DNA of 64,000 bases from Candidatus Pelagibacterales bacterium (GCA_029242795.1 JAQWTH010000028.1:4150-68149), one strand, 5' to 3'. Counted from the stretch's first letter, positions 23,038 through 33,820 are shown. Translations and numbers: made by a program. Notes: generated by a model not told the origin, from the letters alone.

Positions 23038-23871
23038 ATGGAACTTTTGAAATCACCCGCTAAGATAAATCTTTTTCTGGATGTCTTGTCTAAAGATAAT
23101 GATGGCTTTCATAGTATTAAATCCATCCTCACACTTATTGATCTACATGATGAAATATTAATTAAAGACTCTGACTCTTTAGACATAAATTTTTCAGGTG
23201 AATTTTCTGATGAAATAAATCAAAATAATATTCAAATATTATTTGATTTTTTGACAAAAAAAAACTTTATTAAGTCAGATAAGTATTCGATTAAGATTAC
23301 AAAAAATATTCCCGTAGGTGCTGGACTAGGTGGAGGCTCAAGTAATATAGCGACCATATTGAGTTTTTTGTATTCCAAAAAAATAATTAAATTTAATGAG
23401 GCAATAAATGTTGCTAGAGAATTAGGGTCTGATATCGAGTTTTTTCTTGATACAGCCCCAGCAATAATTTTTGGAAAAGGAAATGTGCTTCGTAGAATAA
23501 ATACTTTTAAAGATTCTTATCTTTTATTAGTTTATCCAAATTTTACTCTATCAACTGAGAAAGTTTACAAAAACAATACTAAGTTTGATAATGAAAAGCA
23601 TATTGCATTAGAAAAAGAAGATTACGACTTTGATGAAATTATGCAGTTATCATCTAATTCGTTGCAAATGGCAGCTATCGGACTTTGCCCTGATATAAAA
23701 TACATAATTGACAAGCTTACATCTATGAAAGGATCATTATACTCAAGAATGACAGGAAGTGGATCTTGTTGTTTTGCAGTTTTTAATGAAAAAGATTTAG
23801 CTCAAGAGGCGACAAATACTCTAAAAAGTCACCATCCAGATTGGTGGGTTAATCTATCTAAAATAATATAA
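23038..23871 (+). CDS. ispE: 4-diphosphocytidyl-2-C-methyl-D-erythritol kinase
   Basis: 277 aa GHMP kinase with SPAKINLFL, PVGAGLGGGSSN and MTGSGSCCF. Confidence 0.9.
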   Translation: MELLKSPAKINLFLDVLSKDNDGFHSIKSILTLIDLHDEILIKDSDSLDINFSGEFSDEINQNNIQILFDFLTKKNFIKSDKYSIKITKNIPVGAGLGGGSSNIATILSFLYSKKIIKFNEAINVARELGSDIEFFLDTAPAIIFGKGNVLRRINTFKDSYLLLVYPNFTLSTEKVYKNNTKFDNEKHIALEKEDYDFDEIMQLSSNSLQMAAIGLCPDIKYIIDKLTSMKGSLYSRMTGSGSCCFAVFNEKDLAQEATNTLKSHHPDWWVNLSKII

Positions 23872-23918
23872 TTCTTGCATTCTAAAGATGTTAAACTAAA
23901 TGTAATTATGCAATTAAT

Positions 23919-23994
23919 TGGGGCGTAGCCAAGTGGTAAGGCACCGCTTTTTGGTAGCGGCATTTCGAAGGTTCGAATCCTTCCGCCCCAGCCA
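23919..23994 (+). tRNA. tRNA-Gln (anticodon UUG), CCA encoded
   Basis: TGGGGCG acceptor stem pairs with CGCCCCA. Anticodon stem CCGCT/AGCGG with loop TTTTGGT gives anticodon TTG. T-arm GAAGGTTCGAATCCTTC, and the 3' end is GCCA. Confidence 0.9.
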
Positions 23995-24005
23995 AATGAT
24001 AAAAT

Positions 24006-24560
24006 ATGAGTAATTTTTTAGAAAAATATAAATCTGTTTATAATGTTTTTTTGGATAACTGGGATTATCAATCTCACTATGTAATGTTCCTTGAAAAACT
24101 TTTATATAATGAAACAATCTTACCAATTCACATTAAGGAAATGATTTTTGCATATATTTCTAGCCTTAACGGATGCATCTACTGTAAAAATATTCATGCT
24201 GAAATTGCTAAAGAATTAATTGATGAGATTAAAACTTCATCACCTCTTGAAGATATTTCAATGGCAACCATAGAAGAGGAATATAAATCAATATTAAAAT
24301 TCTCATATAAGGTAAATGAGGATTTGTCATCAATCAGTCAAAATGATGTAGATGAAATTGTATCGAAGGGATTTCCAGAAAACGTTATTTCTGAAGTAAT
24401 TGCTATTTGTAGTGCTGCTCAATATATGAATACAACAGTTAAGGCTCACAATATTCCTCCACTAAATGATAATATGAATTCAGCATCTGTAAGAATGATG
24501 ATTCAAAAAGGTTACCAGGGTTTGGCAGATTATATGATAGAAAAACGTAAAAAAAATTAA
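24006..24560 (+). CDS. carboxymuconolactone decarboxylase/AhpD-like family protein
   Basis: 184 aa with an AhpD-like CxxC-xxx-H motif (NGCIYCKNIHAE). The start is uncertain. Confidence 0.65.
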   Translation: MSNFLEKYKSVYNVFLDNWDYQSHYVMFLEKLLYNETILPIHIKEMIFAYISSLNGCIYCKNIHAEIAKELIDEIKTSSPLEDISMATIEEEYKSILKFSYKVNEDLSSISQNDVDEIVSKGFPENVISEVIAICSAAQYMNTTVKAHNIPPLNDNMNSASVRMMIQKGYQGLADYMIEKRKKN

Positions 24561-24934
24561 AATATAAATTTTACAAAATTCAAGCCAACAAAAAATAAAA
24601 TTATTGATCCGATTACTGATACAGATACGTAAATAATAGCCTGAAGGTAGTTGGATGCTTCTATTAAATTATAAAAATCTAAATTAAAACTTGAGAACGT
24701 TGTAAATCCACCCAGGAAACCAATAGTCAGAAAAATTTTTACTTGTTCATTGATTAAAAGCTTTGAGGAAATGAAGTAAAATAATGCGCCCATTAAGAAT
24801 GCACCAATTAGATTTACACTGATAGTACCATAACCATTGCTTGCTGGAATTAATTTATTAACTAGTTCAAAGATTAAATATCTTAGAGTAGCTCCAGTTC
24901 CTCCACCCAAAAAAATTATTAATAAAATATTCAT
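24557..24934 (-). CDS. crcB: fluoride ion channel CrcB/Fluc
   Basis: 125 aa, 4-TM, with GGGTGATLRY, N..G.F.MG and GFLGGFTTFSSF. Confidence 0.88.
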   Translation of the reverse strand: MNILLIIFLGGGTGATLRYLIFELVNKLIPASNGYGTISVNLIGAFLMGALFYFISSKLLINEQVKIFLTIGFLGGFTTFSSFNLDFYNLIEASNYLQAIIYVSVSVIGSIILFFVGLNFVKFIF

Positions 24935-24936
24935 AA

Positions 24937-25776
24937 CTAACCCTCAAAATGAGTCATTATACCAAAATGATCACTTGGATATAGTCCATCTTTTTCTACG
25001 TTGCCTATCAGACATGATTCTAAAGGATGACCAAGCCCATTTTTGCCTGGAGTGCCAACAAATATATAATCAATTCGTCTATTGGGTTCTAAAGTTTTTC
25101 TGGCAAAATTATTTTCATTAGACCAAGTATAGCCATGATTGTCTGGATTAACTAATTGCCAAGAGTCTCTTAAAACAGTTCTATTAATTGGTGAAGAAAG
25201 ACCTAAAATTAATCTAATTTCGTCACTATTAGGGTCAGCATTAAAATCACCGCATAAAATGCTTGGGAATTCTGTTTTATCTAATTTGCTCATATATTCT
25301 AGAATATATGTGACTTGTTTCTTGCGAATATCACTTTGATCGTATTTGTAATTGAGATGTGTACAAAATATATTCATCTTATTATTTTCATACATAACTT
25401 CTGCGTGAAGGAGAGTACGATTTTCATTAAATTTTTTTTCTGTAGGTATAAGATAAGATGAATAATTATTTATTGGATACTTTGAAATTATAGCATTTCC
25501 AAATGATACTTCATCAAAGTCAAATGATTTTGTGTAGCAATGATCATATCCAAATAAATCTGCAATTTTCTTTGCTTGGCTGCCATCTTTGTCTTCCCAC
25601 ACTTCTTGAAGACATAATATATCGGGCTTAGCTTTTGTAAGTTCATTAAATATTAGTGTTTGACGATTTAAGTAATCTTCAAATTTCCACCAAATATTCC
25701 AAGATAAAACTTTGACTTCTTTTTTGTTACTGAGAGCTCCATATGCATCTGTATCTGGATAAGATTTATCAGGCAC
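24937..25776 (-). CDS. endonuclease/exonuclease/phosphatase (EEP) family hydrolase
   Basis: 279 aa with LSWNIW, DILCLQEV, GDFN and a SDHFG C-terminal motif. Confidence 0.75.
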   Translation of the reverse strand: MPDKSYPDTDAYGALSNKKEVKVLSWNIWWKFEDYLNRQTLIFNELTKAKPDILCLQEVWEDKDGSQAKKIADLFGYDHCYTKSFDFDEVSFGNAIISKYPINNYSSYLIPTEKKFNENRTLLHAEVMYENNKMNIFCTHLNYKYDQSDIRKKQVTYILEYMSKLDKTEFPSILCGDFNADPNSDEIRLILGLSSPINRTVLRDSWQLVNPDNHGYTWSNENNFARKTLEPNRRIDYIFVGTPGKNGLGHPLESCLIGNVEKDGLYPSDHFGIMTHFEG

Positions 25777-25787
25777 TTAACTTGCCT

Positions 25788-26243
25788 CTAAGGAAACGCA
25801 ACCATAATAGACTCAGCTACGTAAGCAGGCTTATCCTGACCATCAATCTCAAGTGTTGCTTCAGAAATAACCTGTGTTCCACCGTTATCTAGCTTGTTAA
25901 CTTCAGATATTTTGACTCCTAGTCGAACTTTTGAACCAACGGGCACCATATTGATAAACCTTACCTTATTAAGACCGTAATTGATCATCATTTTTGCTCC
26001 TGTAATTGACCATACTTGTGCCGCTAAAGGCACTATTAATGACAGACTTAGAAAGCCATGAGCAATTGTAGATTTTGTCGGTAACTCCTTCGCTGCTTTT
26101 TTAGCATCTAAATGAATCCATTGATGATCTCCGGTTGCATCTGCAAATTGATTTATCCTATCTTGTTCAATTGCCATCCAGTCAGAATGACCTAGATCTT
26201 GTCCTTTAATATTTTCTAACTCATTAACATCAACTGTTTTCAT
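25788..26243 (-). CDS. MaoC-like (R)-specific enoyl-CoA hydratase/dehydratase
   Basis: 151 aa hot-dog fold with GDHQWIHLD and IAHGFLSLSL. Confidence 0.85.
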   Translation of the reverse strand: MKTVDVNELENIKGQDLGHSDWMAIEQDRINQFADATGDHQWIHLDAKKAAKELPTKSTIAHGFLSLSLIVPLAAQVWSITGAKMMINYGLNKVRFINMVPVGSKVRLGVKISEVNKLDNGGTQVISEATLEIDGQDKPAYVAESIMVAFP

Positions 26244-26321
26244 AAAAACTCTCCCAAATAGTAAATTTTAAATATAAAATCATACTGATTTAAAATTATT
26301 TTTATACACTTATTATTCATT

Positions 26322-26810
26322 ATGAAAAATATCAGATTAGCTAATGATAAGGATCTTAACAATATTGAAAAACTTCTAGACGAAGCTTTTGGTCCTGGAC
26401 GTTATGCTAGAACTGCATATAGATATCGGGAAAAACATAATTTAATTTCAGAATATTCATATATATACCAAGAGAATAAAAAGCTATTAGCAAGTATTTC
26501 ATATAGTCAAATATTTATTAATCATATAAGTGAGGGACTTCTTTTGGGGCCACTTGCTGTAAAGCCAGGGCATGTAGGCAAAGGGTATGGAGTTGCTTTA
26601 GTTGAAACTACTATTAAATTAATTAAAGAAAGTAAGAATTATAGCTTCATAGTTTTGGTTGGTGACATTGATTATTATAAACGATTTAATTTTAAACAAA
26701 TCTCACGACCACTAAATTTAGTTGGACCTTTTAATCCAAACAGAGTTCTTATTTTAAATATGGATAAAAAGATGGAGCTTAATAAATTAGAAAAGATAGA
26801 GTTAACTTAA
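26322..26810 (+). CDS. GNAT family N-acetyltransferase
   Basis: 162 aa with an acetyl-CoA binding stretch LAVKPGHVGKGYGVALV. Confidence 0.7.
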   Translation: MKNIRLANDKDLNNIEKLLDEAFGPGRYARTAYRYREKHNLISEYSYIYQENKKLLASISYSQIFINHISEGLLLGPLAVKPGHVGKGYGVALVETTIKLIKESKNYSFIVLVGDIDYYKRFNFKQISRPLNLVGPFNPNRVLILNMDKKMELNKLEKIELT

Positions 26811-26812
26811 TA

Positions 26813-27385
26813 ATGACCAATATTGATGATTTTCCAAAAGGCTTAGAAACTATCTATAGTCATGCAAAAAATACAAAGCAAAAAAATCCTCCAGTCGAAA
26901 CTTGGAACCCAGATTATTGTGGAGAAATAGACATTAAGATACTTCAAAATGGTAAATGGTTATATATGGGTTCAGAAATCAAACGACCTGCTTTGGTTAA
27001 ATTATTTTCAAGTGTATTAAGACTTGATGATGATGGAAACTATTATCTAGTAACCCCTGTAGAGAAATTAAAAATTGAAGTTGAGGATGCTCCTTTTTTT
27101 ATTATTTCAATGGAAAAAACTACAAGTAATAGTGATACTAGTTATTATTTTTATACTAATACTCATGAAAGAATTGAGCTTTCAAGTGAAGCGCCGATAG
27201 AAATAAATATAAATGAAAAAAATCATCCTAAGCCCTATATTACTGTAAGAAGAAATCTTAAGGCTTTAATTTCAAGGTCGGTCTATTATGAAATTATTGA
27301 TAATGCTGAAGAAGTAAGCATAGAAAGTAAAAAATGCTTAGCGCTTTTAAGTAATAATAACTATTTTAAACTATATGAATTATAA
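26813..27385 (+). CDS. DUF1285-family protein
   Basis: 190 aa. PPVETWNP..CGEIDIKI..NGKWLYMGSEIKRPALVKLFSSVL...LVTPVEKLKIEVEDAPF matches my recollection of DUF1285. The conserved neighbour of the CoA pyrophosphatase gene follows it. Confidence 0.7.
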   Translation: MTNIDDFPKGLETIYSHAKNTKQKNPPVETWNPDYCGEIDIKILQNGKWLYMGSEIKRPALVKLFSSVLRLDDDGNYYLVTPVEKLKIEVEDAPFFIISMEKTTSNSDTSYYFYTNTHERIELSSEAPIEININEKNHPKPYITVRRNLKALISRSVYYEIIDNAEEVSIESKKCLALLSNNNYFKLYEL

Positions 27386-28004
27386 AAATAATATAAGAAG
27401 AGAAGATCTAGTTTATTTTTTATCTCAAAATAAAAAGTTATCTCATGATTACTTTGAGAAAGAATGTATCGACTCTGGGATTAGCTTGAGTTTGACAAAA
27501 GCATCAGTTCTTGTTCCATTTTTAGAAATCAATGGTGAAATCAATATTTTGCTTACCAATAGATCTGCACACTTAGAGGACCATGCGGGTCAAGTAAGTT
27601 TTCCAGGAGGTAGAATAGACTCATCCGATATATCTCCAGTAGATACCGCTACTCGTGAAAGTTATGAAGAAGTAGGAATAGAGAGCAAAAATATTAATAT
27701 TTTAGGATGTTTAGATGCTTATCAAACTGGTACAGGTTTTAGAATAATGCCAATTCTCGCAATAATTGATCACCAGACTCAATTTAATATAAACCATGAA
27801 GAAGTTGATAGTATTTTTTTTCTACCACTTAGATTTTTAATGGACTCAAAAAATCATTCACGTGAAATAAAATCATTTAAACATGGTGATAGATCATATG
27901 ATTATGATTTTAATGTTATACAATATAAAAATAATTATATTTGGGGCGCAACAGCCGGTATGTTGATAAACCTCTACGATCTGCTTATGAGTGAATTAAA
28001 ATGA
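27375..28004 (+). CDS. Nudix hydrolase, CoA pyrophosphatase type
   Basis: 209 aa with LLTNRSAHLEDHAGQVSFPGG and Nudix box GGRIDSSDISPVDTATRESYEEVGI. Confidence 0.85.
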   Translation: MNYKNNIRREDLVYFLSQNKKLSHDYFEKECIDSGISLSLTKASVLVPFLEINGEINILLTNRSAHLEDHAGQVSFPGGRIDSSDISPVDTATRESYEEVGIESKNINILGCLDAYQTGTGFRIMPILAIIDHQTQFNINHEEVDSIFFLPLRFLMDSKNHSREIKSFKHGDRSYDYDFNVIQYKNNYIWGATAGMLINLYDLLMSELK

Positions 28005-29224
28005 AAAAAATAAATGAACTTATCAAACTTCCTGAAGTGAGGACTATCTTTGATTTATTTAATAATCAGGGGATTTATTTAGTCGGTGGTTGTATTCGAG
28101 ATACTCTATCAGGTAAAGAAGTTACAGATATAGATTTTGCAGTAGATATTGATCCGGAAGAAGTTGTTAAAATTCTTACGAATAATAATATTAAGTTCTA
28201 TGATATTGGAATTAATTATGGAACAGTCACTGCGGTAATAGATTCAAAAAACGTTGAAATAACATCATTAAGAGAAGATATTGAAACTGACGGAAGGCAT
28301 GCAAAAGTCAAGTATACTTCAGATATAAAAGCTGACTCTTTAAGAAGAGATTTTACTATAAATGCAATATATGCAAATCGAGATGGGGAACTCTTTGATT
28401 TTCACAATGGTTTGGAGGACATTGAAAATAGAAGACTGAAGTTTATTGGAAGCGCCAGCGATAGAGTTAAAGAGGATTATTTAAGAATATTAAGATATTT
28501 TAGATTTTATGCAGACTTTTCAAACTTTGATATTGATGCAGATTTAAAGAAAGTATTCAAAGAAGGATCACAAAATTTAAGTAAAATTTCTAAAGAAAGA
28601 ATTTGGACAGAGTTAAAAAAAATTATAAATCATAATAATTCTTTTAAATCTCTTTCAATGATGAATGAAGCTAATATTTTAACCGAAATATCTGACGATA
28701 TTTCGGTTACTAAGGATTATTTAAAAATATCTCATATTGAAAATAAGATAAATAAGCCTATTAATAATTTACTAAAGTTATCAATTTTACTTGAAAGCTC
28801 TGAACATAATGCAAATAATTTTATAGAACAATTTCCAATTAGTAATGAAGAGGCAGACAATTTAAGAACTTTTACAAATTTGGATTTATCTATTAAGTCC
28901 TATTTATCAATAAAAGAGTCACGAGCTAAATTATATCGTTTAGGCGTAGAAAAATTTCAAGACTTTGTAATCTTGAATTGGATTAAAGACTCCAATCAAA
29001 AAAATGATCTCAACTGGCATACTCTTCATGAAGTAGCAAAAAATTTTGAACAACCAAAATTTTCATTTGGTGCAAATGACATAATTCGAATGGGAATTGA
29101 AGAAGGGCCATTAGTGGGTAAAATCTTATCTGAGTTAGAAGAGTGGTGGATTGATAGCGATTTTATTGATGATGAATATTCAATTTTTGAAAGATTAAAA
29201 GCAATTTGCTTATCTTATAAATAG
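28001..29224 (+). CDS. cca: CCA tRNA nucleotidyltransferase (poly(A) polymerase-family head domain)
   Basis: 407 aa with GGCIRD, DIDFAV, RRDFTINA and YLRILRYFRF. Confidence 0.85.
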   Translation: MKKINELIKLPEVRTIFDLFNNQGIYLVGGCIRDTLSGKEVTDIDFAVDIDPEEVVKILTNNNIKFYDIGINYGTVTAVIDSKNVEITSLREDIETDGRHAKVKYTSDIKADSLRRDFTINAIYANRDGELFDFHNGLEDIENRRLKFIGSASDRVKEDYLRILRYFRFYADFSNFDIDADLKKVFKEGSQNLSKISKERIWTELKKIINHNNSFKSLSMMNEANILTEISDDISVTKDYLKISHIENKINKPINNLLKLSILLESSEHNANNFIEQFPISNEEADNLRTFTNLDLSIKSYLSIKESRAKLYRLGVEKFQDFVILNWIKDSNQKNDLNWHTLHEVAKNFEQPKFSFGANDIIRMGIEEGPLVGKILSELEEWWIDSDFIDDEYSIFERLKAICLSYK

Positions 29225-29701
29225 CTATTTATAAATTATTTTTATTACCTCATAACTTTTTTCTCCTTTGGGAGTTGAAACGGTTACGAAGTCACCTTTT
29301 TCTTTTCCAATCAAAGCTGATGCAACTGGAGATTTATAAGATATAAATCCTTTTTCTATATCTGCTTCATCATTTCCTACTATCTGATATTTTACTTTTG
29401 TTTCATCATCAAGATCTGATAGTTCAATAGTTGATCCGAAAACAACAGTTTTTGTTTTTTGATCAACTTTTGTAATGTCTATTATTTCTGCATTCGATAA
29501 TAATAACTGAATTTCTTGAATTCGACTTTCGATGTGACCTTGTTCCTCTTTTGCCGCATGATATTCAGCATTTTCTTTTAGATCACCATGTTCTCTTGCT
29601 TCAGCTATTGCTTGAATAACTTGTTGGCGCTTATTATTAACTAAATCATTAAGCTCATCTTGTAATTTCTGAGCACCATTAACAGTGATTGGTTCAGTCA
29701 T
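29225..29701 (-). CDS. greA: transcription elongation factor GreA
   Basis: 158 aa with a coiled-coil N-terminus carrying the acidic tip (GDLKENAEYHAAKEEQ) and a C-terminal globular domain. Confidence 0.95.
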   Translation of the reverse strand: MTEPITVNGAQKLQDELNDLVNNKRQQVIQAIAEAREHGDLKENAEYHAAKEEQGHIESRIQEIQLLLSNAEIIDITKVDQKTKTVVFGSTIELSDLDDETKVKYQIVGNDEADIEKGFISYKSPVASALIGKEKGDFVTVSTPKGEKSYEVIKIIYK

Positions 29702-29705
29702 AAAA

Positions 29706-30554
29706 TTAAATCCATTTTGCTTCAGGAGGCATTGACATCAATATGGCATCTATATTTCCATCTGTTTGAAGTCCAAATTTAGTTCCTCGATCATATAATA
29801 AATTAAACTCAGCATATCGACCACGCTTAATTTTTTGTTGTTCTTTATGTTCATTTTTCCATTTTTTGTTCATATCCATAGCTATAATTCTTGAAACTAC
29901 ATCCAAAAAACATGAGCCAACATCCTTTGTGAAATCAAAATCACTTTCCCATGATGAAGAATCGAGATAATCATAAAAAATTCCTCCATCACCGCGGGCT
30001 TCTTTTCTATGTGGCAAATAGAAGTATTCGTCACAGTACTTAGAAAAATCTTTATAATAATTTTTATTATGCGCATCACACATATTTCGAATTTTTGAAT
30101 GAAACATTTTTTTATGTTTTGAGTTTTTAAAAGTAGGAGTCATATCCATTCCACCTCCAAACCAAATTTTTGAGGTTTCAATCATGCGTGTATTAAAATG
30201 AAATGAAGGCAAATAAGGATTTTGCATATGGGCTACAACTGAAATTCCACTGGCCCAAAATTTCGAATTTTTATTTGTTCCTGGAAGATTTTTTTTGAAG
30301 TCTTGAGATAATGAGCCATAAACTGTTGAAATATTTACACCAACTTTTTCAAAAATGTTTCCATACATAATGGCCATTTGTCCACCACCATTATCTTTTT
30401 TTAGATGAGGTTTTCTTTTCCAATTTTTTTTCTTAAACTTTAATTTTTTTTTATTGTTTTGATTTTCTATTTTTTCAAACTCATTGATTATTTGGTTACG
30501 TAAAATTTTGAACCATTTTCTAGTAAGCTCTTTTTTTTTAAAATTTTTCATCAT
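29706..30554 (-). CDS. hemF: oxygen-dependent coproporphyrinogen-III oxidase
   Basis: 282 aa with SFHFNTRM, WFGGGMDMTP, RGDGGIFYD and KRGRYAEFNLLYDRGTKFGL. Confidence 0.93.
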   Translation of the reverse strand: MMKNFKKKELTRKWFKILRNQIINEFEKIENQNNKKKLKFKKKNWKRKPHLKKDNGGGQMAIMYGNIFEKVGVNISTVYGSLSQDFKKNLPGTNKNSKFWASGISVVAHMQNPYLPSFHFNTRMIETSKIWFGGGMDMTPTFKNSKHKKMFHSKIRNMCDAHNKNYYKDFSKYCDEYFYLPHRKEARGDGGIFYDYLDSSSWESDFDFTKDVGSCFLDVVSRIIAMDMNKKWKNEHKEQQKIKRGRYAEFNLLYDRGTKFGLQTDGNIDAILMSMPPEAKWI

Positions 30555-31001
30555 TTATTTTTTTAGTTGTCTCATTGCTTCTGACAGTGCAATGGCAGCA
30601 GCTGTTGAAACATTTAGTGATCTAGACGACTTTGAAATTGGAATAGTTACAACCTCATCTACCTGTTCATGAATTTCAGTTGGAACTCCAGCCGACTCTC
30701 TTCCTACCATCAATAGATCATTCTTTTGAAAAGTAAAATCTGTATGAGCAATTTTACCTTTTGTGGATAGCAATATAATTCTTTTTTTTGGATTTAATGA
30801 CTTTTTAAAAGTATCCCAACTGTCATGTTCTGTGATTTTTATTGAGCTTCCATAGTCCATTGCTGACCTCTTTAATAGTTTATCATTTAATGGAAAGCTA
30901 CAAGGATGTATAATCTCAATATCTGTATCAAAGCATGCGCATGTTCTTACCATTGCGCCGGTATTCTGCGGTATATCAGGTTGAAAAATCACTAATTTCA
31001 T
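30555..31001 (-). CDS. trmL: SpoU/TrmH-family tRNA 2'-O-methyltransferase (TrmL-like)
   Basis: 148 aa with PQNTGAMVRTC, LLMVGRESAGVP and SLNVSTAAAIAL. Confidence 0.85.
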   Translation of the reverse strand: MKLVIFQPDIPQNTGAMVRTCACFDTDIEIIHPCSFPLNDKLLKRSAMDYGSSIKITEHDSWDTFKKSLNPKKRIILLSTKGKIAHTDFTFQKNDLLMVGRESAGVPTEIHEQVDEVVTIPISKSSRSLNVSTAAAIALSEAMRQLKK

Positions 31002-31131
31002 TATTTTCTATCTTATCTTCTTTTTTAATATGCGTCATCTTGCCACAAAATTTAGGTGACAATACCAATGGTTTTTTGATAAAAGAACATATTGGGATTA
31101 AATACTATATATTCAACAAGAGATTACAAAT

Positions 31132-31644
31132 TTGTCAGATTCTAAGCCAGTAACTAGAAGAAACTTCTTGTATATTTCAACTGCAGCTTTTAGTGCAGCT
31201 GGTGCTGCCGCAATTGGAATACCCTTAGTTTCTCAAATGAACCCTGATGCATCAGTCAAAGCTCTTGCTTCAACTGAAGTAGACGTATCAACAATTGTAC
31301 CCGGCCAGAGTATTACTGTGTTATGGAGAGGAAAACCAGTATTTATAAGAAGAAGAACTGAAGTAGAAATTGCAGAAGCTAAAGAAGTCAAAATTGAGGA
31401 TTTACCTGATCCTGAGATTGATGATAACAGGGTAAAAAACCCTGAATGGCTTGTGATGGTTGGAATCTGTACGCACCTTGGCTGTATTCCACTTGGCAAT
31501 AAAGGAGATTACAATGGTTGGTTTTGTCCTTGTCACGGCTCTCATTACGATACATCAGGAAGAATAAGAAAAGGCCCAGCCCCTACAAATCTTGAAATTC
31601 CGGATTATGTATTTTTAGATGATAATACTATTAAAATTGGATAA
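31132..31644 (+). CDS. petA: ubiquinol-cytochrome c reductase Rieske iron-sulfur subunit
   Basis: 170 aa with a TTG start, Tat-type N-terminus TRRNFLY, and Rieske boxes CTHLGC and CPCHGS. Confidence 0.95.
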   Translation: MSDSKPVTRRNFLYISTAAFSAAGAAAIGIPLVSQMNPDASVKALASTEVDVSTIVPGQSITVLWRGKPVFIRRRTEVEIAEAKEVKIEDLPDPEIDDNRVKNPEWLVMVGICTHLGCIPLGNKGDYNGWFCPCHGSHYDTSGRIRKGPAPTNLEIPDYVFLDDNTIKIG

Positions 31645-31653
31645 ATAAGATTT

Positions 31654-32907
31654 ATGAGTACAGATTATAAGCCACAATCAGCAGTAGCTAAATGGATAGA
31701 TAAAAGATTACCCCTAATCACGCTATTTAACGGCCATTTAATGCAATACCCAACTCCCAAGAATTTAAATTATTGGTGGACATTTGGTGGCATATTAACG
31801 TTTTGCCTTGTTACTCAAATTATAACAGGATTGGTTTTAGCAATGCACTATATCGCTGATGCTGATCTTGCTTTTTCAAGTGTTGAACACATCATGCGTG
31901 ACGTAAATTATGGGTGGTTCTTGAGATATATACACGCCAATGGAGCATCGATGTTTTTTATTGCTGTGTATATTCATATGGCTAGATCTTTATTTTACGG
32001 ATCTTATAAAGAGCCAAGAGAACTAATATGGATTATAGGAGTTTTCATTTTCCTATTAATGATTGCAACTGCATTTATGGGGTATGTTTTACCTTGGGGT
32101 CAAATGAGTTTCTGGGGAGCTACTGTAATCACAAACCTATTTAGTGCTATACCAGTATTTGGAGAGTCAATTACTAACTGGTTGTGGGGAGGATATTCCG
32201 TAGGTTCTCCCTTATTAACGAGATTTTTCACATTGCATTATCTTCTTCCTTTTTTGATTTTTGGATTAGTCATATTGCACGTGTGGGCTTTACATGTACC
32301 TGGCAATAATAATCCTGAAGGTATTGATGTAGTTCAAGGATCTCAGGATACTGTTCCTTTTCATCCTCATTATGTTGTCAAAGATGTTTTTGCTCTTTTA
32401 GTTTTTATGATTATTTTTGCAGGCTTTGTATTCTTTACTCCAAACTTACTTGGTCATACAGATAACTATATTCAGGCAAATCCATTACAAACTCCAGAGC
32501 ATATTGTCCCTGAGTGGTATTTTCTTCCATTCTATGCAATCCTAAGAGCTATTCCTGATAAGTTAGGTGGTGTTATCATGATGGTATCAGCAATTGCAAT
32601 TCTCGCTTTTTTACCCTGGCTCGACACTTCTAAAGTAAGGTCTGCAAAATATAGACCATTGTTTAGGCAATTCTATTGGATATTCTTGGCTAATTTTTTA
32701 TTGCTTGGATATTTGGGAGCGCAGCCAGCAGAAGGTATTTATGTTATTATTTCTCGAATAGCCACAATATACTATTTTGTTCACTTTATTATAATTTTGC
32801 CTGTTCTTGGTTTCGTTGAAAAAACTAAACCGCTGCCAAAAAGTATTAGTGAACCTGTTTTAAATGATAAGGAGAGGGCGGCGAAAGCTGCTACTGCCCC
32901 AGCATAG
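31654..32907 (+). CDS. petB: cytochrome b
   Basis: 417 aa with [27 protein letters not shown] and [13 protein letters not shown]. Confidence 0.97.
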   Translation: MSTDYKPQSAVAKWIDKRLPLITLFNGHLMQYPTPKNLNYWWTFGGILTFCLVTQIITGLVLAMHYIADADLAFSSVEHIMRDVNYGWFLRYIHANGASMFFIAVYIHMARSLFYGSYKEPRELIWIIGVFIFLLMIATAFMGYVLPWGQMSFWGATVITNLFSAIPVFGESITNWLWGGYSVGSPLLTRFFTLHYLLPFLIFGLVILHVWALHVPGNNNPEGIDVVQGSQDTVPFHPHYVVKDVFALLVFMIIFAGFVFFTPNLLGHTDNYIQANPLQTPEHIVPEWYFLPFYAILRAIPDKLGGVIMMVSAIAILAFLPWLDTSKVRSAKYRPLFRQFYWIFLANFLLLGYLGAQPAEGIYVIISRIATIYYFVHFIIILPVLGFVEKTKPLPKSISEPVLNDKERAAKAATAPA

Positions 32908-32908
32908 C

Positions 32909-33682
32909 GTGTTAAAATTTATTAAATTTTTAGCGTTATTAATTATTACGGTTCCTACTTCTCAGTCAATTTTAATAGCCGCAGAAATTCACGAACCCAT
33001 GAGACCTTACTGGTCATTCGAAGGTCCTCTTGGTAAATTTGAAAGAGCTTCACTTCAAAGAGGTTATCAGGTTTACACTGAGGTATGTTCAGGTTGTCAC
33101 TCAATGGATTTACTAAGTTATAGAAATCTTATTCAGCCAGGTGGCCCAGAATTTTCTGAAAAGCAAGCAAAGGCAATGGCTGCGATGTTCGAAGTTGAAA
33201 CTGGTCCAGATCAGGATGGTGAGATGTTTATGAGATCAGCAATATTATCGGATAAATTTGTTAGTCCTTGGGAGAATGAACAACAAGCAAGGGCAGCGAA
33301 TGGAGGAGCGTATCCCCCAGATCTCTCAGTAATCGTTAAAGCAAGACCAAATGGTGCAGATTATATCTATTCCCTTCTACTTGGCTATAAAGATGCGCCT
33401 GAAGGAACAGAACTTGACGATGGAGTATATTATAACGAATATGCAAAAGGCATGAGAATAGCAATGCCGCAAGTTCTTTATGAAGATGGAGTTGAATATA
33501 CTGATAGCACAGCTGCTTCTGAAGAGCAAATGGCACATGATGTAACTACGTTTCTTACCTGGTCAGCTGAACCGAAATTAGAAGAAAGAAAAAGAATGGG
33601 CTTTAAAGTAATAATTTATCTTTTGATTCTTGCATTTTTATTTTATTTCACAAACAAGAGTATTTGGAGAGATACGCACTAA
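32909..33682 (+). CDS. petC: cytochrome c1
   Basis: Signal peptide, heme site CSGCHS, axial Met region RIAMPQ and a C-terminal TM anchor. I prefer GTG 32909, directly after the petB stop, over the ORF-track ATG 32864, which overlaps petB. Confidence 0.92.
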   Translation: MLKFIKFLALLIITVPTSQSILIAAEIHEPMRPYWSFEGPLGKFERASLQRGYQVYTEVCSGCHSMDLLSYRNLIQPGGPEFSEKQAKAMAAMFEVETGPDQDGEMFMRSAILSDKFVSPWENEQQARAANGGAYPPDLSVIVKARPNGADYIYSLLLGYKDAPEGTELDDGVYYNEYAKGMRIAMPQVLYEDGVEYTDSTAASEEQMAHDVTTFLTWSAEPKLEERKRMGFKVIIYLLILAFLFYFTNKSIWRDTH

Positions 33683-33706
33683 AATCTCATCTCTGTCATT
33701 TAATTA

Positions 33707-33732
33707 TTTGAATTTGTTAAAATAAATTCAAA
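33707..33732 (+). terminator. AT-only hairpin downstream of petC (possible weak terminator)
   Basis: TTTGAATTT (33707-33715) pairs with AAATTCAAA (33724-33732) across an 8-nt loop. No U-tract follows on the plus strand, so this is not a canonical intrinsic terminator. Confidence 0.2.
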
Positions 33733-33820
33733 AAATCTTATCCACACATTGAAAATTATCTTATTCGAAAACTATTAGATCATAATGTAGATTGATACTA
33801 ATCATTATTAGGAGATTCGA

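Noticed and set aside
24935-24936. The region upstream of crcB, examined for a fluoride riboswitch.
   Set aside because: Only 2 nt separate crcB from the upstream EEP gene, so there is no room for an aptamer. crcB must be co-transcribed.
23919-26810. A possible genomic islet next to tRNA-Gln, made up of the CMD-like gene, crcB, the EEP hydrolase, the MaoC-like gene and a GNAT.
   Set aside because: There is no integrase, no direct repeat of the tRNA 3' end (the GC-rich CCGCCCCAGCCA would stand out), and no compositional break I can see. The genes are ordinary metabolic or housekeeping types.
33683-33820. The 138-nt leader upstream of the purine permease, examined for a purine riboswitch.
   Set aside because: None of the conserved aptamer cores are present (no UAUAAU...GUUUCUACC...CCGACUA-type junctions). 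The sequence is almost pure A/T with only an AT hairpin.
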